Positions 48,019-61,559 of a stretch of 64,000 bases of DNA are shown piece after piece. This DNA comes from Chiloscyllium plagiosum. Taxonomy: Eukaryota. The notes below the pieces were generated by a model that saw nothing but the letters and a program-made list of their open reading frames with translations, did no database searches and was not told the origin of the DNA. Numbering within the stretch: the first letter of the stretch is position 1; the number at the start of each line of letters is the position of its first letter. The translations under genes and the position numbers were made by a program. Location: the NCBI RefSeq assembly GCF_004010195.1, contig NC_057719.1, positions 76,809,273-76,873,272 of the forward strand. Reading direction: 5' to 3'.

Positions 48019-50664
48019 AGAGTCAAAAAATGTGGTGCTGGAAAAGCACAGCAGGTCAGGCAGCATCCGAGGAGCAGGAGAGTCGACCTTTCAGGCAAAA
48101 ACCCTTCATCAGGAATGTGGGGGCTGGAGGGAAGGAAGTTGAGACATAAATTGGAGGTGGGGGGGTTGGGCTGGGAGGAGGTAGCTTGGAAGGCAACAAG
48201 TAAATGTAGGTGGGCGTGATGGTGATAGATCAGAGGAAAGAATGGAGTGGATAGGTGGAAAGGAAGATGGACAGGTGGGACAGTCCAAGAGGGTGGAGCT
48301 GAGTTGGGGGGGTTGGATCTTAGATGAGTTAGGAGAGGGGAGATGAGGAAACTGGTGAAATCAACATTGGTCCTCTGTGGTTGGAGAGTCCCAAGGTGGA
48401 AGATGAGGTGTTCTTCCTCCAGGCATCAGGTGGCTAGGATTTGGCAGTGGAGGTGGCCCAGGACTTGCATGTCCTTGGCAGAATGCGAGGGCGAGCTGAA
48501 GTGGTCAACCACAGGGCAGTGGGTTTGTTTGGCATGTGTGTCCCAGAGATGTTCCCTGAAACATTCGGCGAATTGGCGTCCTGTCTCCCCCATGTACAGG
48601 AAACAACATTGAGAGCAATGGACACAGTAGATGAGGTATTTAACTATGCAGAAAAGCCTGTGCCGGATGTGGAAGGATCCTTTGGGACCTTGAATAGAGG
48701 CGAGGGGAATGGTGTGTGTGCAGGTTTCACATGTCTTGCGGTGGCAAGGGAAGGGGCCAGGAGTGGAGGGTGGATTGGTGGTGGTGGTGGGGGGAGGTTG
48801 GGGGGTAGGGTGACCCTAACAAGGGAGTCGTGGATAGAATAGTCTTTGCAGAATGCTAATAGGGGTGGGGAAGAAAATATATCTCTGTTGGTCGGGTCGG
48901 ACTGTAAGTGGCAGAAATGGTGAAGGATGATGTGTTATATCCGGAGGTTGGTGGGGTGGAAGGTGAGGACCACTGGGGCTCTATCCTCGATGCGGTTGGA
49001 GGGGCGGAGTCGTGGGAAATGGAGGAGATACGCATTGTTGACCACGTGGGAGGGGAAATTGTGGTCCTTGAAGTAGGAGGCCAGCTGGATTATTCTGGAG
49101 TGGAATTGCTCCTCCTGGGAGCAGATACAGCAAAGGCGGAAGAATTGGGAGTAAGGGCGAGAAAACAAAAATGTCATGGAGGAGGTGGAGGGCGTGGGTG
49201 GTGTCCCGAATGTATGTGGAGAGTTCCTGGATCAAAGGGGACAGGACAATGTCAAGGTATGAGGAGATACATTCAGTGGAGCAGGAGCAGGCTGAGACCA
49301 TGGGTCAACCAACACAGTAACGTTTGTAAATTTTGGGTAAGAGGTAGAACCGGGTGGTGCAGAGATTTGGGACTATGAGGTTGGAGGTTCCTCTGCCTCA
49401 TCTGCTCCAAGGAGGAGCAATTCCAATCCAGAATATCCCAGATGGCCTCCTACTTCGAGGAGCACAGGTTCCCCTCCCACATGGGAGAAAGTGAGGTCTG
49501 CAGATGCTGGAGATCAGAGATGGAAATGTGTTGCTGGAAAAGCGCAGCAGGTCAGGCAGCATCTAGGGAACAGGAGAATCGACGTTTCGGATATGCCCGA
49601 AACGTCGATTCTCCTGTTCCCTCGATGCTGCCTGACCTGCTGCGCTTTTCCAGCAACACATTTCCATCCCCTCCCACACGGTCAACTATGCCCTCCAGCG
49701 CATCTTCTCCACTTCCTGCACCTCTGCCTTGGAACCCCACCCCTCCAACTGCAACAAGGATAAAACCCCCTGGTCCCCACCTTCCACCCCACCAATCTCT
49801 GGATACAGCGCATCATCCACCCTATTTCCACAACCTACAATCGGACCCCACCTCCAGGGATATATTTCCCTCCTCATCGCTATTAGCATTTCATTCAGAC
49901 CAGTCCATCTGGGACTCCCTCGTTAGGTCCACGACCCCCACCAACACACCCTCCAGTCCCAGCACCTTCCTTTGCCACCGCAAAACGTGTAAAACCTGCA
50001 CCCATACCTCCATCCAAGGCCCCAAAGAATCCTTCCACATCTGGCTGAGATTTTCCTGCACATCCAAACACCTCATGTACTGTGTCCGTTCTCTCAACGT
50101 AGTCTCCTCTACATTGGGGAGACAGGACGCCAACTCGCAGAATATTTCACAGAATATCTCTGGGACACATACACCAAACAACACCAATTCACTGTGGCCA
50201 ACCACTTCAACTCCCCTTCCCACTTTACCAAGGACCTGTAAGTCCTAGGTCTCCTCCACTGCCAAATCCTAGCCACCCGATGTCTGGAGGAAGAATGCCT
50301 CATCTTCTGCCTTGGGACCCTCCAACCACATGGCATCATCGTTTATTTCACCACTTTCCTCATCTCCCCTCCCCCCCCAACCTCATCCCAGATCCAAACC
50401 TCCAACTTGGCACTGCCCTCTTGAATTGTCCTACCTGTCCATCATCCTTCCCACCTATCCGTTCCATCCTCCACTCCGACCTATCAACATCACCCCCGCA
50501 CCTGCATCTACCTATCGCTTTCCAGGCTACTTTCTCCCCAACCTCGTCATCCCCTCCTATTTCTTTCTGAAACCAACCCCCCTCCCCGCAACATTCCTGA
50601 TGAAGGGCTTATGCCTGAAACATCGACTCTTCTGCTCCTCTAATGTTGCATCCTCGCTTTCTCT
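48019..50664. mobile_element. Penelope-like insertion with two long inverted arms (48019-~49386 on -, ~49390-50664 on +); 11-bp TSD
   Basis: TSD ttaaaaggtac at 48008-48018 and 50665-50675; RT/GIY-YIG remnants (VSACSCSTECISSYLD, PYSQFFRL, CKTC...FSCTSKHLMYCV); pLTR at both outer ends. Confidence 0.88.
49482..49666. mobile_element. Palindromic mini PLE insertion; 12-bp TSD
   Basis: 72-bp inverted arms 49519-49590 and 49597-49668 with one mismatch; TSD tcccctcccaca at 49470-49481 and 49667-49678. Confidence 0.92.
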
Positions 50665-52994
50665 TTAAAAGGTACTGGCCTGTCTCATCTAGAATGTATG
50701 CCATAAAACAACATGCCCCCTTTTCCCATTGAAGAAATAGGAACTCTTATTAGATAAAGATGCACAAGGATGCATATAGATATATTATAGCTTAACATTC
50801 ATATACACCTTAGTGGATGCAAGACATGACCAGATCTTATACAGTAATAAGGACATGGACATGTAGCCTTACACTGATGTACTCTCTCTTCTCATGGATA
50901 GATGTGTACTGTTTGTTATGTAATTATGATTGACGTTTCAGAATCACAGCCATCATCTTACATGATGGTGATTATGTTTTCTAGTTAAATATGTTCTTAG
51001 TTTCATTGCTGATCAGCTCATTACAATGTCATATAACCTAGATCAAGTACAATAATATAGTATTCTTCCACTAATCTGTGGATTGATACGAAACTTCAAA
51101 CTTGTATGCTTTGTCCTGGTTCAAGTTGGGATATCTATTTGCATGTTCGTTGATCACACTCTCGTACCAATTTCTCCCTTCTTTCCAACAACACATCATG
51201 CAAATAAGGTTGGGTGGACAGAGTATGGGAGAAGAATCTGCTGGAAAATACAGATGCTGACATTCTGTGAGGGCAGAATCTGGTCTAGCTACAAAGCTAG
51301 CTAAGAAAGCACTTTTACACCAGGTACCGGAGGGTTGGTTTACCTATTGGACTGTACAATAACTAGAAAGTCTTGGAAAGAGTTAGTGGGGGTGAGGGTG
51401 GAGACATGGTAGCTGGAACTGTAAAAAACACTTGGAAGATCTAGATTTGGACATGGTGTAGACATGTACTTATTGGGTAACGAAAATAAGACATACTTGT
51501 TTTAGTCACAAATTATACGATTGTATTACCACCTGGGACAAGCTTCCTGAGTACAATTAATCATTAAAAATACACACATACAAACAAACAGCAACTTGTT
51601 TAGTGTAATTATCACACTTCCCCAGCCTGAACAAAAGCCACTTATAAACAACACGGCACAGAACAGACTGTACTGTGTGTGCTGAATCATAACACCACAA
51701 AAAAGGAACTTGGTTAACTCCTCCAACTGAGCTGCCCTGGAAATTTTCCTGATATTTTAAAAAAACATTCAAGGAATTCCTGCTGAGCTGTAACTTGGTT
51801 CAGGATTGTCAACAATTCGGTTGCCTGGCACACATCCAACAGGTCACGAAACAACCCAAGCCCAGGCTGGTCACTATTTACATAAAGAAATATCGGTTCC
51901 CAATGTAAAGCGCTGCAAAAGAAAACTTAAGTAATGCAATCTACTTTACATAACCCACATGAGTGTTTATATGTTCTGTTAAAAGTCAAGTTCGTAAAAC
52001 CCATTCTCTAAAGCAACACACAGGAATATAGGGCTCAAGAAAAAAAACATTCATTACAAACAAAGCAATCCTCACATTCGATTAAATTTTATGATCCCAA
52101 TCGAGTTTCTGTCCACTGTTGTAAACCTTTCTCAATAGATGTTCTGCAAATTCCTAGTCTTGAAGCAGAACTTAATCATCCATATTATAGTCTACCTGAC
52201 TTACATGCAACCTGTTGCTCTAACCAACTCAATTCCAGGTTCAACTTCATAGGTGAATTCTAAAACAAACTGCCTTTCTTGGACACTGCTTAGTCCAAGA
52301 GGCAAGTTTTAATGTTCTGGGTAAAAAGGGTGCACACACTGGTTTTGGAAGAGGTTACAGAATTCTTACAGCCTCACAAGTACACGCTCTTGATCAAGAG
52401 TTAAATTAGCACATGACTAGGTAAAGAGAAAACAATTATAAATGATTAGTCCAGATTTAAAAAGGAACAATCCTGTCACAGAAGTTGTTGTGTAGGTAAC
52501 AGATGTAGTAGAGGGGTAAAATACAGTGGACATAAAGCATTTAATTGTACTAAAGCCTTCAACAAGGTGTTGCACAGCAGATCATGAAAGATGACTTTGA
52601 GATTTGGAATTAGTAGATTTGATTACAGATTGGGTGTTGTTCTTTTACTTCATGGTTACTACATTGGTTAGAATTGGTCCTTTAATATCCTACAGGATTC
52701 ATAGAGTCATAGGTTCATATAGCACAGAAACAGTTCTGGAGCAAGTTCTGTTCATGATGTGTTCACATATTGTTGTGGTCTCCTGGTTTTGAAAAAAATC
52801 CTATCACGTAGTTGTGAATGTGTTGTTAGAAAACCATCAAGGAAATTAAATAGGGATATTTGGGCCAGACAATGCAAATATTCAAAATCATTAAGTACAA
52901 GGTGATGGGTAAAAATAAGTAGCTGTAATTGTATTTAAATGAAAACAATCTTATTATCATAGAAGAGTAACAGGGTTTGGAGTTCTCAGTTTAA

Positions 52995-54080
52995 AACTAT
53001 GCCCTCTGGTTCTCAATTCTTTAATACGCAGGAATAGTTTCTCCCTATCTGCTCAGTCCAAACCCTTCATGATTTTGAAACCATCTTTCAAAACTCCTTG
53101 TAGCCTTCTCTCGCAGGAAAATTCTTCAAAAACAAGGAAAGCAACTTCTCCAAATCTTTTCTTGTAACTGAAGTTTTTACTTCCTGGAACCATTCTTTAT
53201 AAATCATTTCTGCGCTCTCTCCATTGTGTTCATATCCTTTGTTTGGTGTGGATCCCAGACTCCACACAATACACCAGCAGAGGTCAAATCAGTGTCTAAC
53301 AAAAGTTCATCATAATTTATTATACTTTTGTTCTATGTCTCTATCGACTAGACTACTGCATGCTTTATTAACATCTCTCTCTATCTGTCCTGACAATGTG
53401 AAAGACTCATGTACATATACAATCAGGTCCCTCTGCGTACATACACTTTATTATTATAGTCTTTATTTTATACTGTCTGCCCATGCTCTTTGTTCTAAAC
53501 TGTACCACCTAACTGCCCTTTCTACCAAGATGTCAATGCCCCTTTGAAGTTTTGTATTGCCCTTCTCACAATTTGCAATGCTCCCAAATTTCATATTGTC
53601 TGCAAACTTTGAAATTGTCCCCTACACACTAAGATCCAGATCATTTACACAGCTATCGGGAAAAGCAAGGGTACCAATGCCAACCCTTGGGGAACTCCAC
53701 TACAGATCATCTTCCAGCCAGAAAAATACCAATTAGCCATTACTCTGACTATCTCTGCCTTAAATATATTCAATGGCTTAGCCTCCCCCACTCTCTGGGG
53801 AAGAGCATTCCATAGACTCATGACCCATATGACTGATGACAGAAAATAAATTTCTTCTCATCTCTATCTTGATGACAAGAACCATTATTCTTAAACTCTG
53901 TCCCCTAGTTCTTGACTTTCCCACAAGGGAATTAACTTATCAGCATTGACCCTGATGCATCTTCTCAGGATTTTATACCTTTCAATAGTCTTTCATTCTT
54001 CTAAGCTCAAACGGATACAGGCCCAATCTGACCAACATTTTCTCCTAAAACAACGCTCCCTTCCCAGAATCAGTAGTGAA
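52995..54080 (-). mobile_element. Old CR1 fragments
   Basis: Antisense RT/3' sequence, e.g. aacccttggggaactccact and tgtctgcaaactt. Confidence 0.7.
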
Positions 54081-54927
54081 CCTTCCAAATCATCTCATCA
54101 TTATGCTCGTCTGCAAGTAAAAACCAGAGTTATTGTTTTTAAAAAGTAACAGTGAGGCAAAACAAGTTTGAAAGACAAGTTTAATCAAGGTAAAGATGTG
54201 AAACACACCACTGGAGTATCTGACTGAAGTGAAGGCCAGGTTATAGATTGCATCGATTATCAGAGGAAAGCAACAGCTGGGGACTGAGTGAGCACACAGG
54301 ATTTTTAGGTTGCTTGTGTTGAGGATAAACACAATAAAAGAGATTGGGCTGTGAGATATGTCTTTATACTGTGATTTCTGTTTAAGAATCAACAACAGGT
54401 TTGATTTTCAAGTTAATATGAAAATATGTGTGCTCACTACCCCATATTAGCTGGTTTAATTTTTAAAAACCCTCCTACGAGGTTGTAAATCTAAAATTTG
54501 AACAGTTTATAATGGTACTTTCATGAACTTTACTAAATGAGTACATCTAATATTAATTGCAACATTTCAGGTTGATGAAACCATTAAAAAACCGATAGAA
54601 ATTCTAGGTTAAGAATACGTACCATAATATCATAATTATAGAATTGTTATGGCACAGGAGGTGGCATTCAACTCTATTCTCTAGTGCCAATCTCCTGTCT
54701 TTTCTCCATATCCTTGCACACCAGTTCTAACCAAATGATCATACAAAATCCTCTTGAATGCCTCAATTGACTCCACCACATTTCCAGGCAGGACATTCTG
54801 TCCCCGAATAACTCACTGTGTCAAAAAGCTTTTTCTCATAGCACTCTTGTTTCATTTGCACATAAATTTAAAGTTATGATCTCTCACACTTTTTTATTTT
54901 ATAAGCAAGAGCAGCTTCTACCTACCA

Positions 54928-55420
54928 ATGGTTGTGAAACTTGAAAGGGTTCAGAAAAGATTGACACGGATGTTGCCAGGGTTGCAGGTTTTGAGATATA
55001 GGGAGAGGCTGAATAGGCTGGTGCTGTTTTCCTGGAGCATCAGAGGCTGAGAGGTGATCTTATAGAGGATTATAAAAATCATAAAGGGCATGGATAAGGA
55101 AAATAGACAAGGTCTTTTCCTTGGGGTGGGGAAGTCCAGAACTAGAGGGCATAGGTTTAGGGTGAAAGGGGAATAATTTAAAAGGGACCTAAGGGGCAAC
55201 CTTTCCTCGCAGAGGGTTGTGCATACATGGAACAAGCTGCGAGAGGAAGTGATGGAGGCTAGTACAATTACAGAGTTAAAAGCTATCTGGATGGGTATAT
55301 AAATAGGAGGGGTTTAGAGCTGGCAAATGGGACTAGATTAGTTTAGAATGTCTGGTTGGCATGGACGAATTGGACCAAAGGGTCTGTTTCTGTGCTGTAC
55401 ATCTCTATGACTCTGACTCT
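54928..55420 (+). mobile_element. CR1 3' end
   Basis: gtgaaacttgaaagggttcagaaaaga...gctgtacatctctatgactctgactc. Confidence 0.9.
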
Positions 55421-56333
55421 CCTGAGCCCATTCATGACTCTGAACATTCACAATTGTATTTGGGTGGAATGGGATAGATAAATGATGAGTTCCAGTTGAT
55501 AAGAGAACTACATGAACAATAGATGCAAGATTAAAAGTAAGAGACTGAGAACAGAGGACAGATAATGTTCTTAACACTGAATTGTGAAACTGTGGAATTC
55601 AATTCCAGAGCTAGTGATTAAGGCAGAAACTATTTTAATATCAAAGATTAAACTGGATAGGGAGATGAAAGAAGGAAGAGAGGTTGAGAGGTTACAAGAA
55701 CAAGGTGAGTAAACATTGTTCATCCTTCAGAGGAGCAAATAGTGAAAATAACGAGAAAGGCTAGCAAGGTCAAGTAACATGATTATAACTTCAAACTATT
55801 TCCATTTCACAAGTGACACATCATGTCCTCAATGAGCTGTAAATGGTCAAAGAGCTGTAGGAGAGGCTGTACATTGGAAAGGCAAGTACAAATGTGCAAA
55901 ATAGGAAGTGCATACCAAGTGCATTCTTTTTCCCAATGCATTCTCTGAGAGTCTGCCGGCAAGGTTTAGCGAATCAGGTTTTCAGGGAGGAGGGTTGGAG
56001 GAATGAGACTGACAGAGAGAAGAGAGTCTGCCAGGCAAGATCTGAGGTGGGGTTGTAAACTGTTTACCGAGTGAAGTGAATAATGGGTGGCTATAAAAAA
56101 AAATAGAGGGGAGAGAAGTCTGCCTGGCTTCGTCTGCTGGTCGAAGACGACGAGAATGGGTGCAAAGGGGGAGGGACAATGGGGAGAATTCAGTGGCTAC
56201 AAAGGTGGATATGGGGTAGAGAATCAGACTTCTAGAAAAGGGAGAAGGAAGGAAAGAATTTCAACAATACTAAGTAAAACTGGGAGCCAAGAAAACTTAA
56301 AGTGCCGGGTCTTTGTTTAAATTAATCTGGTTT

Positions 56334-56528
56334 TTATGAAGTGCGTATTGTTAACTTATGGCTTTTCTGTTGTCCCATTTTAAATACTGCGGTGTCTAGG
56401 AAGTTTAAGCTTCCTTTGCGAGCTGTGGCTTTAAGTTCAATGAAAGGTTGATAAGTCTGGAGGATATTAATGAACTCTTCTAATTCTGCTTCTGAGTCCA
56501 AATATCCCGCGTTATTAAAAATACACAT
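56334..56528 (-). mobile_element. Divergent Penelope-type RT fragment
   Basis: SEAELEEFINILQTYQPFIELKAT...SLNFLDTAVFK resembles the PLE RT region after the YxDD motif. Confidence 0.55.
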
Positions 56529-56566
56529 CCAAATACAGCAAGACTTCTGATGTTTGGATTCTTCTA

Positions 56567-56885
56567 GGTGGCACAGTGGTCAGCACCACTGCCTCACAGC
56601 GCCAGGGACCCAGATTTGATTCCAGCCTCAGGCATCTGTCTGTGCAGACATCTCTGAGTCTGTATGGGTGTTCTCTAGGTGCTCCAGTTTTCTCCAACGG
56701 TCCAAAGATATGCAAACTAAGTGGATTGGCCATGCTACATTGCCCATAATTGCCAGAGATGTGAAGGCTAGGTGGGTTAGCAATGGGAAATTCATGGCTA
56801 CGGAGGGGGGTCGTGGGATGCTCTTTGGAGGGTCAGTGTGGACTCAATGGGCCATCTACTTCCACACTATAGGGATTCTAAGATC
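56567..56885 (+). mobile_element. HE1-type V-SINE
   Basis: ggcacagtggtcagcaccactgcctcacagcgccagggacccagatttgattcc...ccacactatagggattct. Confidence 0.88.
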
Positions 56886-57049
56886 CTGCAGGGAAAGAAC
56901 AAATCCTGCACACAATAGGAAACAATCAGCAGTACCTCCTGCATGTCTGCATATAAGCAGGGCAAACCCACACTGAACTTGTTAAGTGATCCTACAACCT
57001 TTGGATTAGATGTAAGCTGTGCAGTCCTGCTATATCAAGTCACAAACGC

Positions 57050-57770
57050 TGTGGACAAAATAATGACTAGCAGGAAGTGGAGGCTTCACAGATATCCCTA
57101 TCCTCAATGATGAACGCATCTAGCCGATCATGTAAAAAGACAAGACTGAAACATTGGTGTCCATTTTCAGCCAGAGCTGCCATCTCATCCCAATGACCCC
57201 AACATTAGTGACTCCGTATTCAAGCAATTCGAATCACTTGACATCATATAGAGAAATTGGTGAGTACTGCAAATATAATGGGTCATGACACCATTCTGGT
57301 GATAGTACTGATAACTTGTGTTCCTGAACAATCTGGAGTCAAGCTGTTCCAGTACAGCTACAATACTCAGATTAAGCTGCAATCTGAGCCAAGCTGTTCC
57401 AGTACAGCTACGACACTGGCAACTACTAGACAATGTGAAACTTGCCCTGATATGCATGTGCACATAAACGTGACAAATCCAACCCAGTCAATTACTGCCC
57501 CATCACTCTCTTCTCAATCATAAGCTGAGTGTTGGAAAGGGTCACCAACAGTGCTATATTTTCTCAAACCAAGTAGCTAAATAAATACTGTGGCTGAAAG
57601 AGTAGGTTGGGTTGAGTATTCTACAGCTCCTTTCACCTCCCGTCTCCCCAAAGCCTGTTCACAATCTACAAAGCACATTGAAGAGGCATGATAGAATATC
57701 CTCCATAGATGAGTGAAGATAAATTCCAGCTGAATGATAGTGCAACATTTCAAAACAGAATCATCATGCA
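57050..57770 (+). mobile_element. LINE family B fragments
   Basis: Parallels 29755-30070 (gaggcttcacagatatccctatcctcaatgatg; caagctgttccagtacagctac). Confidence 0.65.
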
Positions 57771-58149
57771 CCTGAAATAGCAGGCAGTGTCATAAAAGCA
57801 TTTTTCTCCACTCTACCCACCCAAAGCAAAACTGTCGAAAACATAAATAGGTTTAAAATACACAGGATTTATAAATATAGTGAATCACAAAGCATTGCTC
57901 CTGGTTGAAGACTGTATCTATTAATATCTGAAAGATGTAGAATACCTACATGTCTTCCAGTATGCCCAGCTCTCGAACCAGAAGATATAAATAAATGTTC
58001 ATCTCCCTTGACCATGCAGTGACTAGTGATTCTGGGCTACAGACCACCCATGACTTGAATAACTACCAAAATAAACATTTGCTGAATACACCCACTTGGA
58101 TTGGAAGAAAGCAAGCAGTTAACCAGAGAATGACAGATTGACAACACAG

Positions 58150-58355
58150 AAAAAACAGGCTGGTTTGAGATGCAAAGCGACACCAACAGAGTGGGTTCAA
58201 TTCCTGCACCAGCTGAGATGATGAAGAAGAACTTTCCTTCTCAACTTCTCCCCTCACCTGAGGCACGGATACCTTCAGGTTAAACCACCACCTATCTTCT
58301 CTCTCCAATGAGAGGAGCCCTATTGTCTGGCAAAACTATGGTGACTTTATCTTTA
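58150..58355 (+). mobile_element. tRNA-derived SINE (further family)
   Basis: B-box-like gggttcaattcct at ~58192-58204; ends ctatggtgactttatcttta. Confidence 0.5.
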
Positions 58356-58469
58356 GAACTTACCTCACCGAAGCTTTAGGTCAAACATCCAGACTTCTTG
58401 CACATGAAAGTTTGAGAACTGTGTCTTGAAGTGCTTTGACACTTATGTTAAATCTGTTATATTAAGGGA

Positions 58470-59990
58470 TATTTCTGCAGGAGGTCCTCAGGATAAAGTG
58501 CTAGGTTTAAACATCTTCAGCTGCTTCTTTAATGACTTCCTTTCATCATTAGGTCAGAAGTGGAGATGGTTCGCTGATGATTATGTAATGTTCAGCACCA
58601 TTTGTGGCTCCTCAGATGTTTTGTAATCCTTGTTCAAATGCAGCAAGACCTTAAGCTGACAAGTAACCAGTAATGTTCACAACACTTACATCCCAGGCGT
58701 TCACCATCTTCAATGAGAGAGTCTAACCATGACTCTCTGACATATAATTGAATTACAATTGCCTAATCTCCCACTATCAGCTTCTGACAATTACCACTGA
58801 CCAGAAACTGAACTGGACTAGCCATATAAATACTGTGGCTACACGACTATGAATTGTGCAGTGAGTTAGCCTTCTTTTGATTCCTCAAAGGTTTTCATAC
58901 AAGCCACAGTACAGGAACTCTTAATGGTGAAAGATTGCAGAGCTTTGAGATGCAAAGAAACCTAGGTATCCTAGTGCATGAATCACCAAGGGTTAGTTGC
59001 AATAAATAGTAAAGCTACTAAATGTTATAATTTATCTCAGGAGGGGAATTGAATACAAAAGTAGGAAGATTATGCTGCAGTTGTGCATGGCACTGGGGAG
59101 ATTGTGTCTGGAGGACTGTGCACAGTATTGGTCATCTTATTTAAAGAAGGATGTAAATGGATTGGAAGAAATTCGGAGATGTTTCACCAGACTAAAACTT
59201 GTCTTTTGAACGACTGGACAGGCTAGGCTAGTATTTTCTGGAGTTTAAAAGTATAAAAGGCTACCTAATTGAAATATATAAGAGACCCCCACTATCCTGA
59301 AGGATCTTGACAGAGTAGGTGTGGAGAGGATCTGTCCTAGTATGGCAGAATAGGGTTTGTTGTTTGAAAATCAAGGTCGCCCATTTCAAACAGAGGCTAG
59401 GTTGTTTTATTTTCCTTCAAATGGTCTTGAGTTTTTGGAAAACTATTCCTTTAAGCCAGACATTTGTCAAGCAAAGGGGTAACACGTTATTAGAGGACTC
59501 TTTTTCCCCCCCCCATCCCAAACCACACCACCACCCCTCCCTCCCCAAACATCCAATGGCATTCTGGTGTATATACACCAAATGGACTGCTGCAGTTCAA
59601 AGAAGCAGCTCACTGGCACCTTCTCTAGGACAATGAAGGATGGACAATAAATACAGGAGCAGCCGGCATTCACATGAAAGCTCACGAGCACCACTTTAAA
59701 CCATCCACAAGATGAACCAAAGAAATCCACCAAGGTTTATTCAACAGTACTTTCAAAACCCATGACCACTACAATTTAGAAGGTCCAAAGGTGGCAGATA
59801 CGTGGAATACCATCAACTGCAAGTCTCACTTCAAGTCACACATCATCCTGACTTGGAATTACACTGCTGTTCATTCATTGTCTTGGAGTCAAAATCCTGG
59901 ACCTCTGTGTTAAAGAGCACAATGGGTGCACACATACCACACATACTCCAGCAGTTCAAGATGGCAGCTTGTCTTTATAAAACAACTTCC
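58470..59990 (+). mobile_element. Mixed old LINE fragments (family B RT and tail; CR1 at ~58930-59460)
   Basis: PQDKVLG...FADD; CR1 ctggaggactgtgcacagtattggtca; family B tail ggatggacaataaat. Confidence 0.65.
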
Positions 59991-61559
59991 TCATATTTCC
60001 CAGCAGTAACATAAAGTGAAAAACACTAATAAATCTAAATATGTTAGTGACATCATTGTTAGTACTGCTAATAAACCATATATAAACCAGTAGACAACAC
60101 ACTTATGATCCTAGATTAGGTCACTAAATTACATTATAATCTGGTAAATAAAACCATGAAATTCCAAGATTTTGAATGAAAACTTTACAGCAATACAATC
60201 AGCCTCTGATTGTCAATTAGAATCACCAAAGTAATTATGGGTAACTGGCATGCTGTAACATGCATCAAATAAGAAATGCAGTCAAGACAGATCCTCAGGA
60301 ACTAAATTTCTCAGGAATCCCAGGTGATGGTGACATGGTGGGTCATTAAGACTCATTAAAACTTCACAAGGGATTACAATTCTTTACTTTTAACGATCTG
60401 GCCTTGACATTTCCTCAAGAGCCAACATGTAAAGGACTGCTAACATTCTGGTCAGTCATTCTCCTCTCCTCTCATGCTATGTTCTCCCTTGGATTCTGGA
60501 AAATGCATTTTAACACTTACAGGCACAACTCCAGCTTTTCACAACAGTGAACTTAACTAAATCTGTACTGCCCATGTCTCTCCATGTTGTAATCTTGCTC
60601 AATTAGACAAAGCAAATAATGCTTGTAGATTTCCTTTACATTCACTCTCAGCTGCCCTGTACTGCACCATTAATGACATGTGGTTACTTCTGAGTTCCCG
60701 TAACTCCAAGGGCTTTCCTGACCCCTAAACCTAACATGGAGAAGAGGTCTCGGAGCTAGAATGCACAGCTTACTCCTAGCAGCTGTCACCATAGCACATT
60801 TTTGAGGAGGAACATTTTCTCTCTGCTCTTAAGTACTTAAATGACCAGTGGCAAAAATGTCGCAACTTTCTCCTCTGACTGACTCCATTCATAAACTGGA
60901 TTTGCTTATAATGTAGAATAATTTTACTTGAAACATTAACTCCATTTGTTTCTCCACAGATGCTGTTAGATATGCAGAGTTTCTCTGCCATTTTTTGTTT
61001 TTATTTCAGATCTCCAGCATCCAATGTATTTTGATTTTGTTTAACTGAATTGACTGTTCTGCAACCATGCAATTCTTTCGAATTACCTATTGTAAATCTC
61101 ACAAACAGCTCCACCTTTGCTCCTGGACAATAATGAATATTGGATACAGTTAAATGTAGCAATTCCTCTAAATTCTTCCAGGAATGTTAAAATATTCAGA
61201 TTGCTGCAACACTCCGCACTAAATAGGTACACAAAGAGATTTCTATCACAACACCAACAAAGTCCCTCTTCCTTTATGTGTCTTTGTCTCACGATCTCTA
61301 TTTGATTGTCAGTGTATTTCTTTATCACAGACATTTCATATTCCCATCAAAATATATAACCAAACTTTCTGCATTATTCCAGTACGTCTCCATATATTTT
61401 ACAAGTGTCTATTGATTGTGTGTGTATTTCTTAACTACGCAAGAGGGAGCAAGGTGAAAAAGTCAAATACATCTATGGCTCTATATCAAACTGATGGAGA
61501 AAAATCAGAAGGTCTGGCAGCAGCCATCATTAGTACTGTCACATTCAAAATCTGAAGAG

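Noticed and set aside
49442..50248. 268-aa ORF
   Set aside because: Chimeric off-frame read-through of PLE sequence and the palindromic insert; no coherent domain
57340..57411. 22-bp perfect direct repeat with a 28-bp spacer (CRISPR-like)
   Set aside because: Only two copies, inside a LINE fragment, eukaryotic context and no cas genes; a local tandem duplication
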